Virus record (IMG/VR): IMGVR_UViG_3300044724_009228 | Coordinates: 1-26,298 of that record | DNA: 26,298 nt | Strand: one strand, 5' to 3' | From: a virus | Taxonomy: Duplodnaviria; Caudoviricetes | Part shown: positions 1 to 9,049 of the stretch, in pieces | How positions within the stretch are numbered: the first letter of the stretch is position 1 | Layout: each line of letters starts with the position of its first letter | Translations under genes and position numbers: made by a program | The notes under the pieces: generated by a model | Seen by the model: only the letters and a program-made list of their open reading frames with translations | Database searches by the model: none | Told to the model about the DNA's origin: nothing

Positions 1-2
1 TA

Positions 3-200
3 TCCGTGCTTGACCCAATATCGATAAACACAGACTATGAGATTAATTTTAATAAATTTGGTATAGAAGAAAACGATGATATTGATATTTCCGGAATTGA
101 TATACCAGCAGCAATTGAAGAATTTATTAACATGTTAGATGTTGACGACAAACAAATTATAATAAATGAAACACTAGATATATACGCAAAATCTAAATGA
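3..200 (+). CDS. C-terminal fragment, probably T4 gp47-like (Mre11/SbcD) recombination nuclease subunit
   Basis: Open frame from the window edge with an acidic helical tail. Overlaps the gp46 start (ATGA 197-200). The call is mostly positional (47-46 order); catalytic motifs lie outside the window. Confidence 0.6.
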   Translation, partial: SVLDPISINTDYEINFNKFGIEENDDIDISGIDIPAAIEEFINMLDVDDKQIIINETLDIYAKSK

Positions 201-2008
201 AATATATAGCGTTTAAAAACTTACATATAACAAATTTTCTCTCCGTAGGAGACACACCTGTCGAAATACAATTCAACAGAGGCTTGAACATAATCACTGG
301 ATTGAACCGTGACAAAGAGGATCGCCGAAATGGTGTAGGGAAATCAACAATTGCTGATGCAATTTATTTTGCCGTGTTTGGTAACACCATCCGCGAGCTA
401 AAAAAAGAGCATATTGTCAACAATGTAACACAAAACAGGTGTGAGGTAGTTTTAGAGTTTGACGTGCATTCGAACAACCAAACCACGCCTTACAAGATCG
501 TAAGAACACTCTCACCTACAAAATGTCATTTGTTTGTTGATGGTAAAGATGAGACACGTGACTCTATTTCTAATACAAATGAGTTGATAGGTAGTGTAAT
601 AAATAGCTCACCAGATGTTTTTCAGAACTGTGTTATAATGACTATTAACAACACAACACCGTTCATGGCGAAGAAAAAAATTGAGAAGCGTAAATTTATT
701 GAAGGTATATTTAACTTGCAGGTGTTTAGTAGCATGTTGAATAATGTACGCAACCGATCCAATGAGATATCAAATAACTTTCATGCAGAGTGTGTGCGAT
801 ATGAAGAGACATCAAATTCTCTCGTGTCATATAACAAGCAGCAAGAAGAGTCTCAAATATACATAAATGCACAAGAAGCAAAACTTAAAAACCGGAAGCA
901 AAATAATAACGATAAAATAAACGAAAACAATTCAAAGCTTGAATCAATAAAACTAATTGATGAAAAAACATGTAATGATAAACTACATAAGTTATCTGAT
1001 GCTCGTGATCGTACAAGAGAGAACATAACAAAGAGACAGGACAAAATTGTTCAGCTATCCACGAAAATTGATATACATAATGAAAATTTACAAACAATAG
1101 GTACAGAACAAGCAACATGCCCGGTCTGCTTGAGATCAATTGATAAACATGATCAGCAGCATATTGAAGACGAAAAAAGAAATATAAATCAACAACTGAA
1201 CCAATTGTTGAATGACCGTGATGAAATCAACACAATCAAACAAGATTTAGAGAAAAAACTCACAGCAATTAAAACAGCAATCAAACAATTAGAGTCACGG
1301 TTATATAAAAACAATCTCAACAAACAAGAGATAATCAGCATCAAATTTAATATAAAGCAATTGAAAGAATTGAACGAGCAGATAGACGATGATATAAAAA
1401 ACATGAAGCACGACAACACGAGCTTGAGTGAGACAATAAAACAGACTGAAACTAGATTGTGTGAGATACAAACACGTATAGATGAACTCAAGAAGCAAAT
1501 AAACACATACGATGTAATAAAATTTATTGTGTCCGAAGAAGGTGTCAAGTCATACATTGTTAAAAAGATACTTCAGCTATTCAACAGCAAGCTAGCGTAT
1601 TATCTGAAAAAAATGGACGCAAATTGTATTTGTGTTTTTAATGAATATTTTGAAGAGCAAATAATTGATGAGAAGGGTAAGATATGCTCGTATTTTAATT
1701 TTAGCGGCGCGGAGAGAAAGAATATTGACCTCGCGTGCCTGTTCGCATTTATGGACATCCGTAGGTTGCAAGGTGATGTGGCTTTTAATTTCAGTATATA
1801 TGATGAGCTGTTTGATAGTAGTTTAGACGAGAAAGGTGTTGAGCTGGTGACAGAAATATTGAAAGAACGAGTAGAAAAACACAACGAATGCATCATGGTG
1901 ATAAGTCACCGTAAAGAGAGTGTCAAGAGCGCGACTGGTGAGATTATTTTCTTAGAAAAGAAAAACGGCATAACCAGTCGCATTCCACCAGGAGAACATA
2001 TAAAATAA
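197..2008 (+). CDS. gp46: T4 gp46-like Rad50/SbcC recombination ATPase
   Basis: Walker A NGVGKST, long coiled coil with central CPVC zinc hook, signature FSGAE, Walker B/D-loop IYDELFDSSLD, H-loop ISH. Confidence 0.95.
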   Translation: MKYIAFKNLHITNFLSVGDTPVEIQFNRGLNIITGLNRDKEDRRNGVGKSTIADAIYFAVFGNTIRELKKEHIVNNVTQNRCEVVLEFDVHSNNQTTPYKIVRTLSPTKCHLFVDGKDETRDSISNTNELIGSVINSSPDVFQNCVIMTINNTTPFMAKKKIEKRKFIEGIFNLQVFSSMLNNVRNRSNEISNNFHAECVRYEETSNSLVSYNKQQEESQIYINAQEAKLKNRKQNNNDKINENNSKLESIKLIDEKTCNDKLHKLSDARDRTRENITKRQDKIVQLSTKIDIHNENLQTIGTEQATCPVCLRSIDKHDQQHIEDEKRNINQQLNQLLNDRDEINTIKQDLEKKLTAIKTAIKQLESRLYKNNLNKQEIISIKFNIKQLKELNEQIDDDIKNMKHDNTSLSETIKQTETRLCEIQTRIDELKKQINTYDVIKFIVSEEGVKSYIVKKILQLFNSKLAYYLKKMDANCICVFNEYFEEQIIDEKGKICSYFNFSGAERKNIDLACLFAFMDIRRLQGDVAFNFSIYDELFDSSLDEKGVELVTEILKERVEKHNECIMVISHRKESVKSATGEIIFLEKKNGITSRIPPGEHIK

Positions 2009-2014
2009 TAACAC

Positions 2015-3247
2015 ATGCTAACATACAGACCAGGCACGGTTTACGGTTCATCTAAGCCACAATTCAATGCATATGTTGGACAGACACCACGTGTGCCAGT
2101 TAATCAACAACCCAACCAAAATATAACACGAGCACCTCAGCTACCGAGAGCACTAAATTATTTAGCAGATTATAGTGGTTGTGGTTATTGGAGAATGGGG
2201 TGGCCAGAGCAGGGTCTAACCGCGTACCAAAAAATGATCATACATGGATCTACATGCATGATCAAAGACAAAGATTATTATGGTGGAGTGAAATCTATTC
2301 GCGTCCAGCGGCAAGCCAGTCCTCATCAAAAAATGTTTTTTAATTTTCTCCGCAATGTATCAGAAGAGATTGGTTTTAGGTTGATATATGAAATAGACGA
2401 TATAGTTTTTCACGAGGATATACCGGATTACAACAAATACAAACCCGCATTTGCAGACCCGCAAACACGTGATAATATTATTTCGATGATGTGTGCCTCT
2501 GACGAGATTACATGCACGTGTGATTTCATGAAAGACTATTATCAAAGTAAAACCGGAAATCCAAATATTACTGTGGTGCCAAACTACCCTCCACGGTGGT
2601 GGCTTGATGGGTTTTACGACGAGGAGAGGTTGCAAATAAACTACGACCGCCATGTGAAGAAACGGAAACAACCACGTGTTTTGTGGGCCGGTAGCGGAGC
2701 CCATTTTGATACAGACAACCGCGCCAATCAACAAGATGATTTCTCCATGATAACAGACGTTGTTATTAAAACACGCAACAAGTTTAAATGGGTGTTTGTC
2801 GGTGGTTATCCGCGAGTGTTACATGATTTAGTAAAGTCCGGTCATGTCGAATACCATGAATGGCAACCACTATATGATATACCACGGTTCATACACTCAT
2901 TAAAGGTGAACGCGATGATAGCCCCATTAATTGACAATACATTTAATAGAGCTAAAAGCTCTATCAAGTATACAGAAGCATGTGCGTATGGCTTGCCGAT
3001 ATCATGCCAGGACATGGTGACATATAATGATGCTCAATTCAAATTCAACACACCACAAGAGATGGTGGATCAGTTAGATTATTTTTTCAAGGACAAGCAA
3101 CACTACATGAAGCTATGTCGGAAAGCTCGTCTGGCAATTGAAGATCAATGGTTAGAAGATCATCTAGATGAGTATGTTGAGCTGTATACATTACCGTATG
3201 CTCATCCTGATAGAAAAAATCTTAATAAGATTAATCACATTAAATAA
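2015..3247 (+). CDS. GT-B fold (GT4-like) glycosyltransferase
   Basis: SGCGYWR, YEIDD, ITVVPN, VLWAGS and C-terminal IAPL-DN-FNRAKS-IKY-EA-A-G-P motifs, typical of phage GT4-like enzymes. Confidence 0.75.
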   Translation: MLTYRPGTVYGSSKPQFNAYVGQTPRVPVNQQPNQNITRAPQLPRALNYLADYSGCGYWRMGWPEQGLTAYQKMIIHGSTCMIKDKDYYGGVKSIRVQRQASPHQKMFFNFLRNVSEEIGFRLIYEIDDIVFHEDIPDYNKYKPAFADPQTRDNIISMMCASDEITCTCDFMKDYYQSKTGNPNITVVPNYPPRWWLDGFYDEERLQINYDRHVKKRKQPRVLWAGSGAHFDTDNRANQQDDFSMITDVVIKTRNKFKWVFVGGYPRVLHDLVKSGHVEYHEWQPLYDIPRFIHSLKVNAMIAPLIDNTFNRAKSSIKYTEACAYGLPISCQDMVTYNDAQFKFNTPQEMVDQLDYFFKDKQHYMKLCRKARLAIEDQWLEDHLDEYVELYTLPYAHPDRKNLNKINHIK

Positions 3248-3276
3248 TTGCCACATTTATACAAATGTGATACAAT
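3248..3276 (+). promoter_or_regulatory. sigma70-like promoter of the DNA polymerase gene
   Basis: TTGCCA-17 nt-TACAAT, with TG extended -10. The GTG start follows 6 nt later. Confidence 0.7.
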
Positions 3277-3282
3277 AGTGTT

Positions 3283-5853
3283 GTGTATAGAAATGTATAT
3301 TATGATCCCCGAGAAGAGATAGTAAAACTTTTCACGTGGGACAAGAATGGTAACAGAACCGTTTTAGATTGTTCATACAATCCATATCTCTGGATCGAGA
3401 GCAAGGGCGTCACAAATGACAAATCACTATTCAACACAAGCGTGATCAAAAAAGAATTTTCCAATCAATGGGACCGGAGCAAATACATAAGAGAGTCTGG
3501 TCGGACTCGTATTTTCGAGAACATAAGCTGCGAACATCAATTCATAATTGACATGTTTTGGAAAGAACATCAACGTGATGATTTTTCAAACAACCCATTG
3601 AAAATATGTTATATTGATATAGAGACGTACAGTCCGGATGCATTTCCCATACCGTCTGAAGCCAAAGATGTTATCAACGTGATAACTATATACGATTCAC
3701 TCAAGAATAAATTTATAACATGGGGTCTTGGAAAATTATCTAAATCAATCGACAATTGTCATTATGTTAAATGTGATAGTGAGGTTGTGTTGCTGAGCAA
3801 GTTTCTAGAGTATTTAGAAAAGGATCACCCCGACATCATAACAGGATGGAACACTGAATTTTTCGACATACCATATATAATAAACAGAGTGCGTAATATC
3901 TTAGGAGAAGAAGCTGTAAAAAAGCTATCACCCGTGCGTAACGTGTTCAAGCGAACAATAACCGGTCAGTTTGGTCGTGAGCAGGACAAATATTATATAA
4001 AAGGTGTATCATGCTTAGATTACCTAGATGTGTATAAAAAATTTAGCCAAGGTCTTCGAGAGTCGTATAAACTAGATGCTATTGGAGAATATGAACTAGG
4101 AGAGAAAAAAGTAGATTTTGGTAATACAAATCTATCTAGCTTGGCAGATAATGATTGGCAAACATTTGTGGAATACAACATCCAAGATGTTAATCTGATT
4201 GTGAAAATGGAAGACAAGTTGAGATATCTAGAGCTATTAAGAATGCTCGCGTATGTTGGGTGCACGACATTTGAATCAGCCATGGGTACATTGAGCACAA
4301 TAACAGGTGCTGTTGTGATGAAAGGCAGAGAACAGGGTATGATTATACCGACATTTGTCAAAGACTCTTCTCACCATCAAAGGTATGAGGGAGCGTATGT
4401 CGGTGAACCACAGCGAGGTTTTCAGGAAAATATATTATCGTTTGATGCTAATAGTCTGTATCCTAACACCATGATATCATTGAATTTATCTCCAGAGACA
4501 AAAATAGGCACAATTGTTAATAAAACAGACACCACTATAACAATTAAACATGTTAATGGTAAAACATTCAACCTCAAGCATGATGCATTTTCAAAATTTG
4601 TTAGTGATGAAAAAATAGCCGTATCAAAAGCGAAAGTGTTATTCACACAATCTAAAAAAGGCATTGTACCTGAAATTGTTGATAGACTGTACCAACAACG
4701 TGTAGAGATAAAAAAGAAACTCAAACAGTGTAAACTAAAACTGTTAAAGCTCGACAAACACACACAAGAATATAAAGAAACTAAGAGGACAATTGATCGA
4801 TTAGACATCAAGCAATTCACAATCAAGATTTTGATCAACACAGTGTATGGATACTTTGGTAACAAGCATGCACCTATTGGAGATAGTGATATAGCTAGAA
4901 GCATAACACTAACCGGGCAAGCTGTAATCAAGCAATCGAATGTGATATTAAAAGAGTATATAAAGCAAAAATCTAATGGTAGTGAAATTGACCCTATAAT
5001 CTATAATGACACAGATTCAAGCTACATATCGATCAAGCCAATAATCGATACCCATGGTATCACGTTCAATGATTCGAATGGCAATGTATCACAAGACGTG
5101 TATGATGAGGCTCAAAAAATAGAGGACTATCTCAATAAAGAAATAACGAAATGGTCTAGAAAATCAATGAACAGCCTGGATAGTAGATTTGTTTTCAAGA
5201 GAGAATGTGTTTGTGATGTTGGTGTGTTTTTACAGAAAAAACGCTACGTGTTACACGTACTTGATGATGAAGGTATTCCTGTCAACAAATACAAGTACAC
5301 CGGTGTCGAGGTGGTTCGTAGCACCATACCAAATGCAATAAAACCGTACGTAAAAGAGATAATCGAGACGATGCTCAAAACACAAGACCTGGCAATGACA
5401 GACAAAGTGTTTCTTGAAGCATATGATACGTTTAAACAACTTCCGGTGGAGGATATAGCGTTCGTTATGGGTGTGAAAGACTACACTAAATACGCCTCTA
5501 GATGTGAGGATTACAACACAGTCAAGAGCATGCCTATACACACAAAAGCGGCTTACTTTTATAATCTGATGATCGATAAATTCAACATAACAGCTGATTA
5601 TGAAAAGATAGACACAGGAGACAAGGTGCGTTATTTTTACGTGAAGCAACCAAATAGATATGGATTATCAATCATGGGATACAAATATTATTTACCAGAT
5701 CAGTTTAAAGATACATTTTTACCAGACACGGAGCTAATGTTTGAAAAGGTCATATTCAGCATAATTGAACGCTTTTACGAGTCTGTAGGATGGTCTATCA
5801 AACAACCCGGTAAACAGATACAGACAGATTTGTTTGATTTATTGTGTGAATAA
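3283..5853 (+). CDS. gp43: Family B DNA polymerase (T4 gp43-like)
   Basis: ExoI DIET, ExoII GWNTEFFDIPY, ExoIII YNIQDV; polymerase motifs SFDANSLYP, KILINTVYG, YNDTDS, KKRY; C-terminal LFDLL clamp-binding-like tail. GTG start. Confidence 0.97.
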   Translation: MYRNVYYDPREEIVKLFTWDKNGNRTVLDCSYNPYLWIESKGVTNDKSLFNTSVIKKEFSNQWDRSKYIRESGRTRIFENISCEHQFIIDMFWKEHQRDDFSNNPLKICYIDIETYSPDAFPIPSEAKDVINVITIYDSLKNKFITWGLGKLSKSIDNCHYVKCDSEVVLLSKFLEYLEKDHPDIITGWNTEFFDIPYIINRVRNILGEEAVKKLSPVRNVFKRTITGQFGREQDKYYIKGVSCLDYLDVYKKFSQGLRESYKLDAIGEYELGEKKVDFGNTNLSSLADNDWQTFVEYNIQDVNLIVKMEDKLRYLELLRMLAYVGCTTFESAMGTLSTITGAVVMKGREQGMIIPTFVKDSSHHQRYEGAYVGEPQRGFQENILSFDANSLYPNTMISLNLSPETKIGTIVNKTDTTITIKHVNGKTFNLKHDAFSKFVSDEKIAVSKAKVLFTQSKKGIVPEIVDRLYQQRVEIKKKLKQCKLKLLKLDKHTQEYKETKRTIDRLDIKQFTIKILINTVYGYFGNKHAPIGDSDIARSITLTGQAVIKQSNVILKEYIKQKSNGSEIDPIIYNDTDSSYISIKPIIDTHGITFNDSNGNVSQDVYDEAQKIEDYLNKEITKWSRKSMNSLDSRFVFKRECVCDVGVFLQKKRYVLHVLDDEGIPVNKYKYTGVEVVRSTIPNAIKPYVKEIIETMLKTQDLAMTDKVFLEAYDTFKQLPVEDIAFVMGVKDYTKYASRCEDYNTVKSMPIHTKAAYFYNLMIDKFNITADYEKIDTGDKVRYFYVKQPNRYGLSIMGYKYYLPDQFKDTFLPDTELMFEKVIFSIIERFYESVGWSIKQPGKQIQTDLFDLLCE

Positions 5854-5857
5854 AGGG

Positions 5858-5886
5858 TGGATTTAAAGATCATTATATGATATAAT
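5858..5886 (+). promoter_or_regulatory. sigma70-like promoter (extended -10)
   Basis: TGGATT-17 nt-TATAAT, with TG immediately upstream (TGaTATAAT). ATG follows 6 nt later. Confidence 0.6.
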
Positions 5887-5892
5887 ATTTTT

Positions 5893-6258
5893 ATGAGTAA
5901 CGAGAAAAAAATTGATGTATTTATCGATAGTGTAGGGCGTACAATTGTTGGTAATATTCTGAATAAAAAAGCAAGTTATACTGAAGTTGGTAATCCAGCT
6001 ATTGTGAATATCGAGGTGCGCCAAGACACTGGTCAGATTGCTGTTCAGTTGGTACCATATATATTTCGCGAGTTTGTAGCAGCAGACGAGAGAGATGATG
6101 AACTGGTTTGGAAATTTAACAATGACAATATTGTGACTTGTTCCAATCTAGTGGTTGATCAAGCATTGATCAAACAATATGAGAATGTGTACAAACCATC
6201 TCAGCCAGCGCCAGCAGCAGAATCGGAAGATATTAAAGTGTTTGATGACAGCGAGTGA
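5893..6258 (+). CDS. Hypothetical protein, beta-rich with acidic tail (possibly Sm-like fold)
   Basis: 121 aa ORF with its own promoter between gp43 and uvsX. The fold is a guess from the G-x-x-IVG...NP pattern. Confidence 0.6.
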   Translation: MSNEKKIDVFIDSVGRTIVGNILNKKASYTEVGNPAIVNIEVRQDTGQIAVQLVPYIFREFVAADERDDELVWKFNNDNIVTCSNLVVDQALIKQYENVYKPSQPAPAAESEDIKVFDDSE

Positions 6259-7333
6259 CACAAAACTAAGCAAAGACATATTAAGTGTCTTTACTAAGCT
6301 CGACAAACTCAATCCAGATGCAAGTGTGTTGTCAGAGAATGTGTTATCGAACGTTGATAGTTGGATTGATACAGGTTGCATGGTGCTAAATGCTATCATT
6401 AGTGGTAGCTTGTATGGTGGAGTACCTGCTGGTAGAATCACTGGATTCAGTGGGCCAAGTGCCGCGGGCAAGACATTTATAATAAACAAAATTTTAGCCA
6501 ATGCTCAGAAGCAAGGAATAACACCGGTTATATTTGACACGGAGGCAGCTATTGACAAGAGTAGCACCACCGGTGTGGGTCTAGACCCAGCGAAAACAAA
6601 ATATGTACCTGTGCAAACAGTTGAAGCATGTCGCAATCAAATATCTACATTTCTTGATAGTGTGATCGAAGCCGGCATGCAAGGAAAATTTATTATCAGT
6701 ATTGACAGCCTGGGTAACCTGGCTAGTCAGAAAGAACTGGATGATACTGAGAAAGACAAGAGCGCTATGGATATGGGAACCCGCGCCAAAGGTCTGAAAA
6801 GCATGATGAGGTTGTTGACATTCAAAGCTGCTCATGCCGGTGTGACTATATTGTTCAGCAATCACACATATGATGATCCCGCTGCAATGTTTCCTACATT
6901 AGTGAAACAACAAAGCGGTGGCAAAGGCCCGGTTTATTTATCTAGTGTGTTGGTACAACTCGCTAAACGTGACGAGAAGCACGATAAAACAAACACCGGT
7001 GATGAAATTTTACCGGAAGCTAACAAAGTTAGTGGTACAACTCTACGCGCATTGACTGTTAAGAATCGCTTTGTACCGCCATTTTTAGAGTGTGAGGTGT
7101 ATTTAAATTTCAAAAGAGGATTGGATCGTCTCAGTGGTTTAAAAGAAATGGCTGTGAACCATGGTGTTGTGATACAAAATGGTAGTACATACGCACTACC
7201 AGGTAAAGATGGTGCAGATGGTCAAAAGCTTGGTTATTATAAAAATTGGAAGGATGATGAAGCTCTTTGGAACGACACCATCCTCCCTGCTCTTGAAGAA
7301 AAATTAAAAGTCAGCTACAAATATAGTGATTAA
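6245..7333 (+). CDS. uvsX: UvsX/RecA-like recombinase
   Basis: IDTGC..LNAIISGSLYGGVPAGRIT, Walker A GPSAAGKT, FDTEAA, IDSLGNL, NHTY, KNRF. The start is placed at ATG 6245 (MTASDT) instead of 6179. Confidence 0.93.
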   Translation: MTASDTKLSKDILSVFTKLDKLNPDASVLSENVLSNVDSWIDTGCMVLNAIISGSLYGGVPAGRITGFSGPSAAGKTFIINKILANAQKQGITPVIFDTEAAIDKSSTTGVGLDPAKTKYVPVQTVEACRNQISTFLDSVIEAGMQGKFIISIDSLGNLASQKELDDTEKDKSAMDMGTRAKGLKSMMRLLTFKAAHAGVTILFSNHTYDDPAAMFPTLVKQQSGGKGPVYLSSVLVQLAKRDEKHDKTNTGDEILPEANKVSGTTLRALTVKNRFVPPFLECEVYLNFKRGLDRLSGLKEMAVNHGVVIQNGSTYALPGKDGADGQKLGYYKNWKDDEALWNDTILPALEEKLKVSYKYSD

Positions 7334-7614
7334 CCTCGTCTGAGCAACCGCTTTAGTAAAATCTTGATACGAGATCTTTTCGCTGCAATATCCGGGTTAC
7401 TCTCACTAGCAGCTTCGATTTTATCACCATCTACCATCTTTTCTATCATCTCTACATATTTGTGAAGTGATAACAGCTCTTCATTAGGCAGCTTAGGTTC
7501 ATGAGTCAGTGCAGTTTTAATAGCTTGCTTCGCACTATGTAAATTTTTTTTAGTCGCAATACTTTCTGTGTACGATTCCCAGAGTTTGCTCTGTTCGGTG
7601 TTAAGATGCTTCAT
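7330..7614 (-). CDS. Hypothetical late protein (candidate internal head protein)
   Basis: 94 aa helical ORF coupled to the upstream minus-strand gene by a TAATG overlap. N-terminus ...SKLWESY. Confidence 0.65.
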   Translation of the reverse strand: MKHLNTEQSKLWESYTESIATKKNLHSAKQAIKTALTHEPKLPNEELLSLHKYVEMIEKMVDGDKIEAASESNPDIAAKRSRIKILLKRLLRRG

Positions 7615-8990
7615 TAGAAGTTACCCCAGCGTTTACTCATGAAACCAACCCCTCCTAGAGGTGTGTTATATTCTTTTAAAGGTAATTGCGATTGACTCGC
7701 TCTTTTTTCAACTTCCGCTTTCATCGCTGGTGGTAAGCCATTGGTTACAACATTAACATCTTCTCCGTTTTTGATTCTTGTTACATATTCAGATATTTTA
7801 TCTTCAGCTCCTGCAGCTACAGCATTTCCAAAATTATTAAGTGCACCTGAAATTTCGCTTTGATCTTCACTTTTAGGAGCCGGAGGCGTTATAACAGTAG
7901 GTTCAATTTCCCCCTTTTGATCAACCTGTGCTTGTTGTTGCTGATCACCTGCATCGATAACATTAGTCTGAGTAATGTTATCTCCAACTGAAGGTTCTGT
8001 TGTACCTGGCGTGATAGGCTCAGCCTCAACTTCTTCTACGTCCTCACCCGGTGTTTTATCTGATTCCCCGGGAATTTTAGCTAGATCATCCATAGTAGGT
8101 AAATCTTTTGGATCAGCTCTTTCTTGACCACCTTGTTGCTGTTGCTGCTGATCGCTTTGTTGCTGTTGCTGCTGATCGCTTTGTTGCTGTTGCTGCTGAT
8201 CGCTTTGTTGCTGTTGATTGCTTCCTCCGCTGTTACCAGAGTTAGATTTCGCTAGATCTTCTTTTCCCATGTTGTTGACATAATCAAAACTTTTTTTAGT
8301 ACCACCGGCTATACCTCCAGCGAAACCACCTATTAAATTACCAACACCACTACCAATTTTCTTCAATACCGATGGGTTTTCACTTCCTGATTGGACTTCA
8401 GTCTCTCCACCAGCCGGAGCTACTCCATTACCACGTGGATTTTTTATTTGACCACCACCAGCAACAGGTTGACCACCACCAGCAACAGGTTGACCACCAC
8501 CAGCAACAGTTTGACCACCACCTTGCATGGGTGTATATCCACCCGCTGCTCCAGAATTAGCTGCGTACCGACCGGAGGCTTTTATACCTGCCGCTTCCCC
8601 TGCAGCTGGGAACAACATGTTTCTCGCGTCTTTAACCTTGACTGCTTGACCTGGTTGAAATTTAGAAAATGTTTTGATTTGATCTGGATCAACACCATAT
8701 GCATTACCGATGATATCCATCACTTGGCCTGCATCCACTTGATCATTGTCACCGAGTTGTTGTGTTAGCTGACTGAACACGGGCATGATGTGCTGTTTAA
8801 CAAATTGCTGCGTCTGTATACGTGCGCCTGCCTTTCCTGCCTTGTTTGGAGCTAACATCCCGGCTTTACTTACTAGTTTATCTCCAATACCACCAGTACC
8901 AAAACCGAGCACTTCATCTAGTTGCTCACGTCCCTGCACTGTTGTATATGCTTCTGCTAACATTTGATAGTCTTTTTGATCACTTCTCAT
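7614..8990 (-). CDS. Gly/Gln-rich low-complexity late protein (candidate internal/ejected virion protein)
   Basis: 458 aa ORF with TAAATA 6 nt upstream of the ATG, N-terminus KDYQMLAEAY, and internal GGGQPVA and QQQQQSDQ repeats. Confidence 0.75.
   Translation of the reverse strand: MRSDQKDYQMLAEAYTTVQGREQLDEVLGFGTGGIGDKLVSKAGMLAPNKAGKAGARIQTQQFVKQHIMPVFSQLTQQLGDNDQVDAGQVMDIIGNAYGVDPDQIKTFSKFQPGQAVKVKDARNMLFPAAGEAAGIKASGRYAANSGAAGGYTPMQGGGQTVAGGGQPVAGGGQPVAGGGQIKNPRGNGVAPAGGETEVQSGSENPSVLKKIGSGVGNLIGGFAGGIAGGTKKSFDYVNNMGKEDLAKSNSGNSGGSNQQQQSDQQQQQQSDQQQQQQSDQQQQQQGGQERADPKDLPTMDDLAKIPGESDKTPGEDVEEVEAEPITPGTTEPSVGDNITQTNVIDAGDQQQQAQVDQKGEIEPTVITPPAPKSEDQSEISGALNNFGNAVAAGAEDKISEYVTRIKNGEDVNVVTNGLPPAMKAEVEKRASQSQLPLKEYNTPLGGVGFMSKRWGNF
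8133..8216. repeat. Coding tandem repeat, 24 bp x ~3.5
   Basis: Unit TTGTTGCTGTTGCTGCTGATCGCT at 8133, 8157 and 8181 plus a partial copy. Encodes SDQQQQQQ on the minus strand. Confidence 0.95.
8448..8522. repeat. Coding tandem repeat, 21 bp x ~3.5
   Basis: Unit TTGACCACCACCAGCAACAGG at 8448, 8469 and 8490 (1 mismatch) plus a partial copy. Encodes PVAGGGQ on the minus strand. Confidence 0.95.
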
Positions 8991-8996
8991 TAATAA

Positions 8997-9002
8997 TATT
9001 TA
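8997..9002 (-). promoter_or_regulatory. T4-type late promoter core (TAAATA)
   Basis: Minus strand reads ATAAATA-TTATTA-ATG. Confidence 0.6.
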
Positions 9003-9013
9003 TTATCAACATG

Positions 9014-9042
9014 TTGAAAAAACGCTGTTAGTATGTTATAAT
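9014..9042 (+). promoter_or_regulatory. sigma70-like promoter of the queC operon
   Basis: TTGAAA-17 nt-TATAAT with extended TG. ATG follows 7 nt later. Confidence 0.75.
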
Positions 9043-9049
9043 AACATGT

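Noticed and set aside
1991-2014. Promoter upstream of the GT-B gene (TAAAAT 8 nt before the ATG)
   Set aside because: There is no convincing -35 and no exact TAAATA, so it is too weak to call.
8133-8522. Short direct repeats as a possible CRISPR array
   Set aside because: The units are head-to-tail with no spacers, are multiples of 3 in length and lie inside a reading frame. The same applies to 14961-15032.
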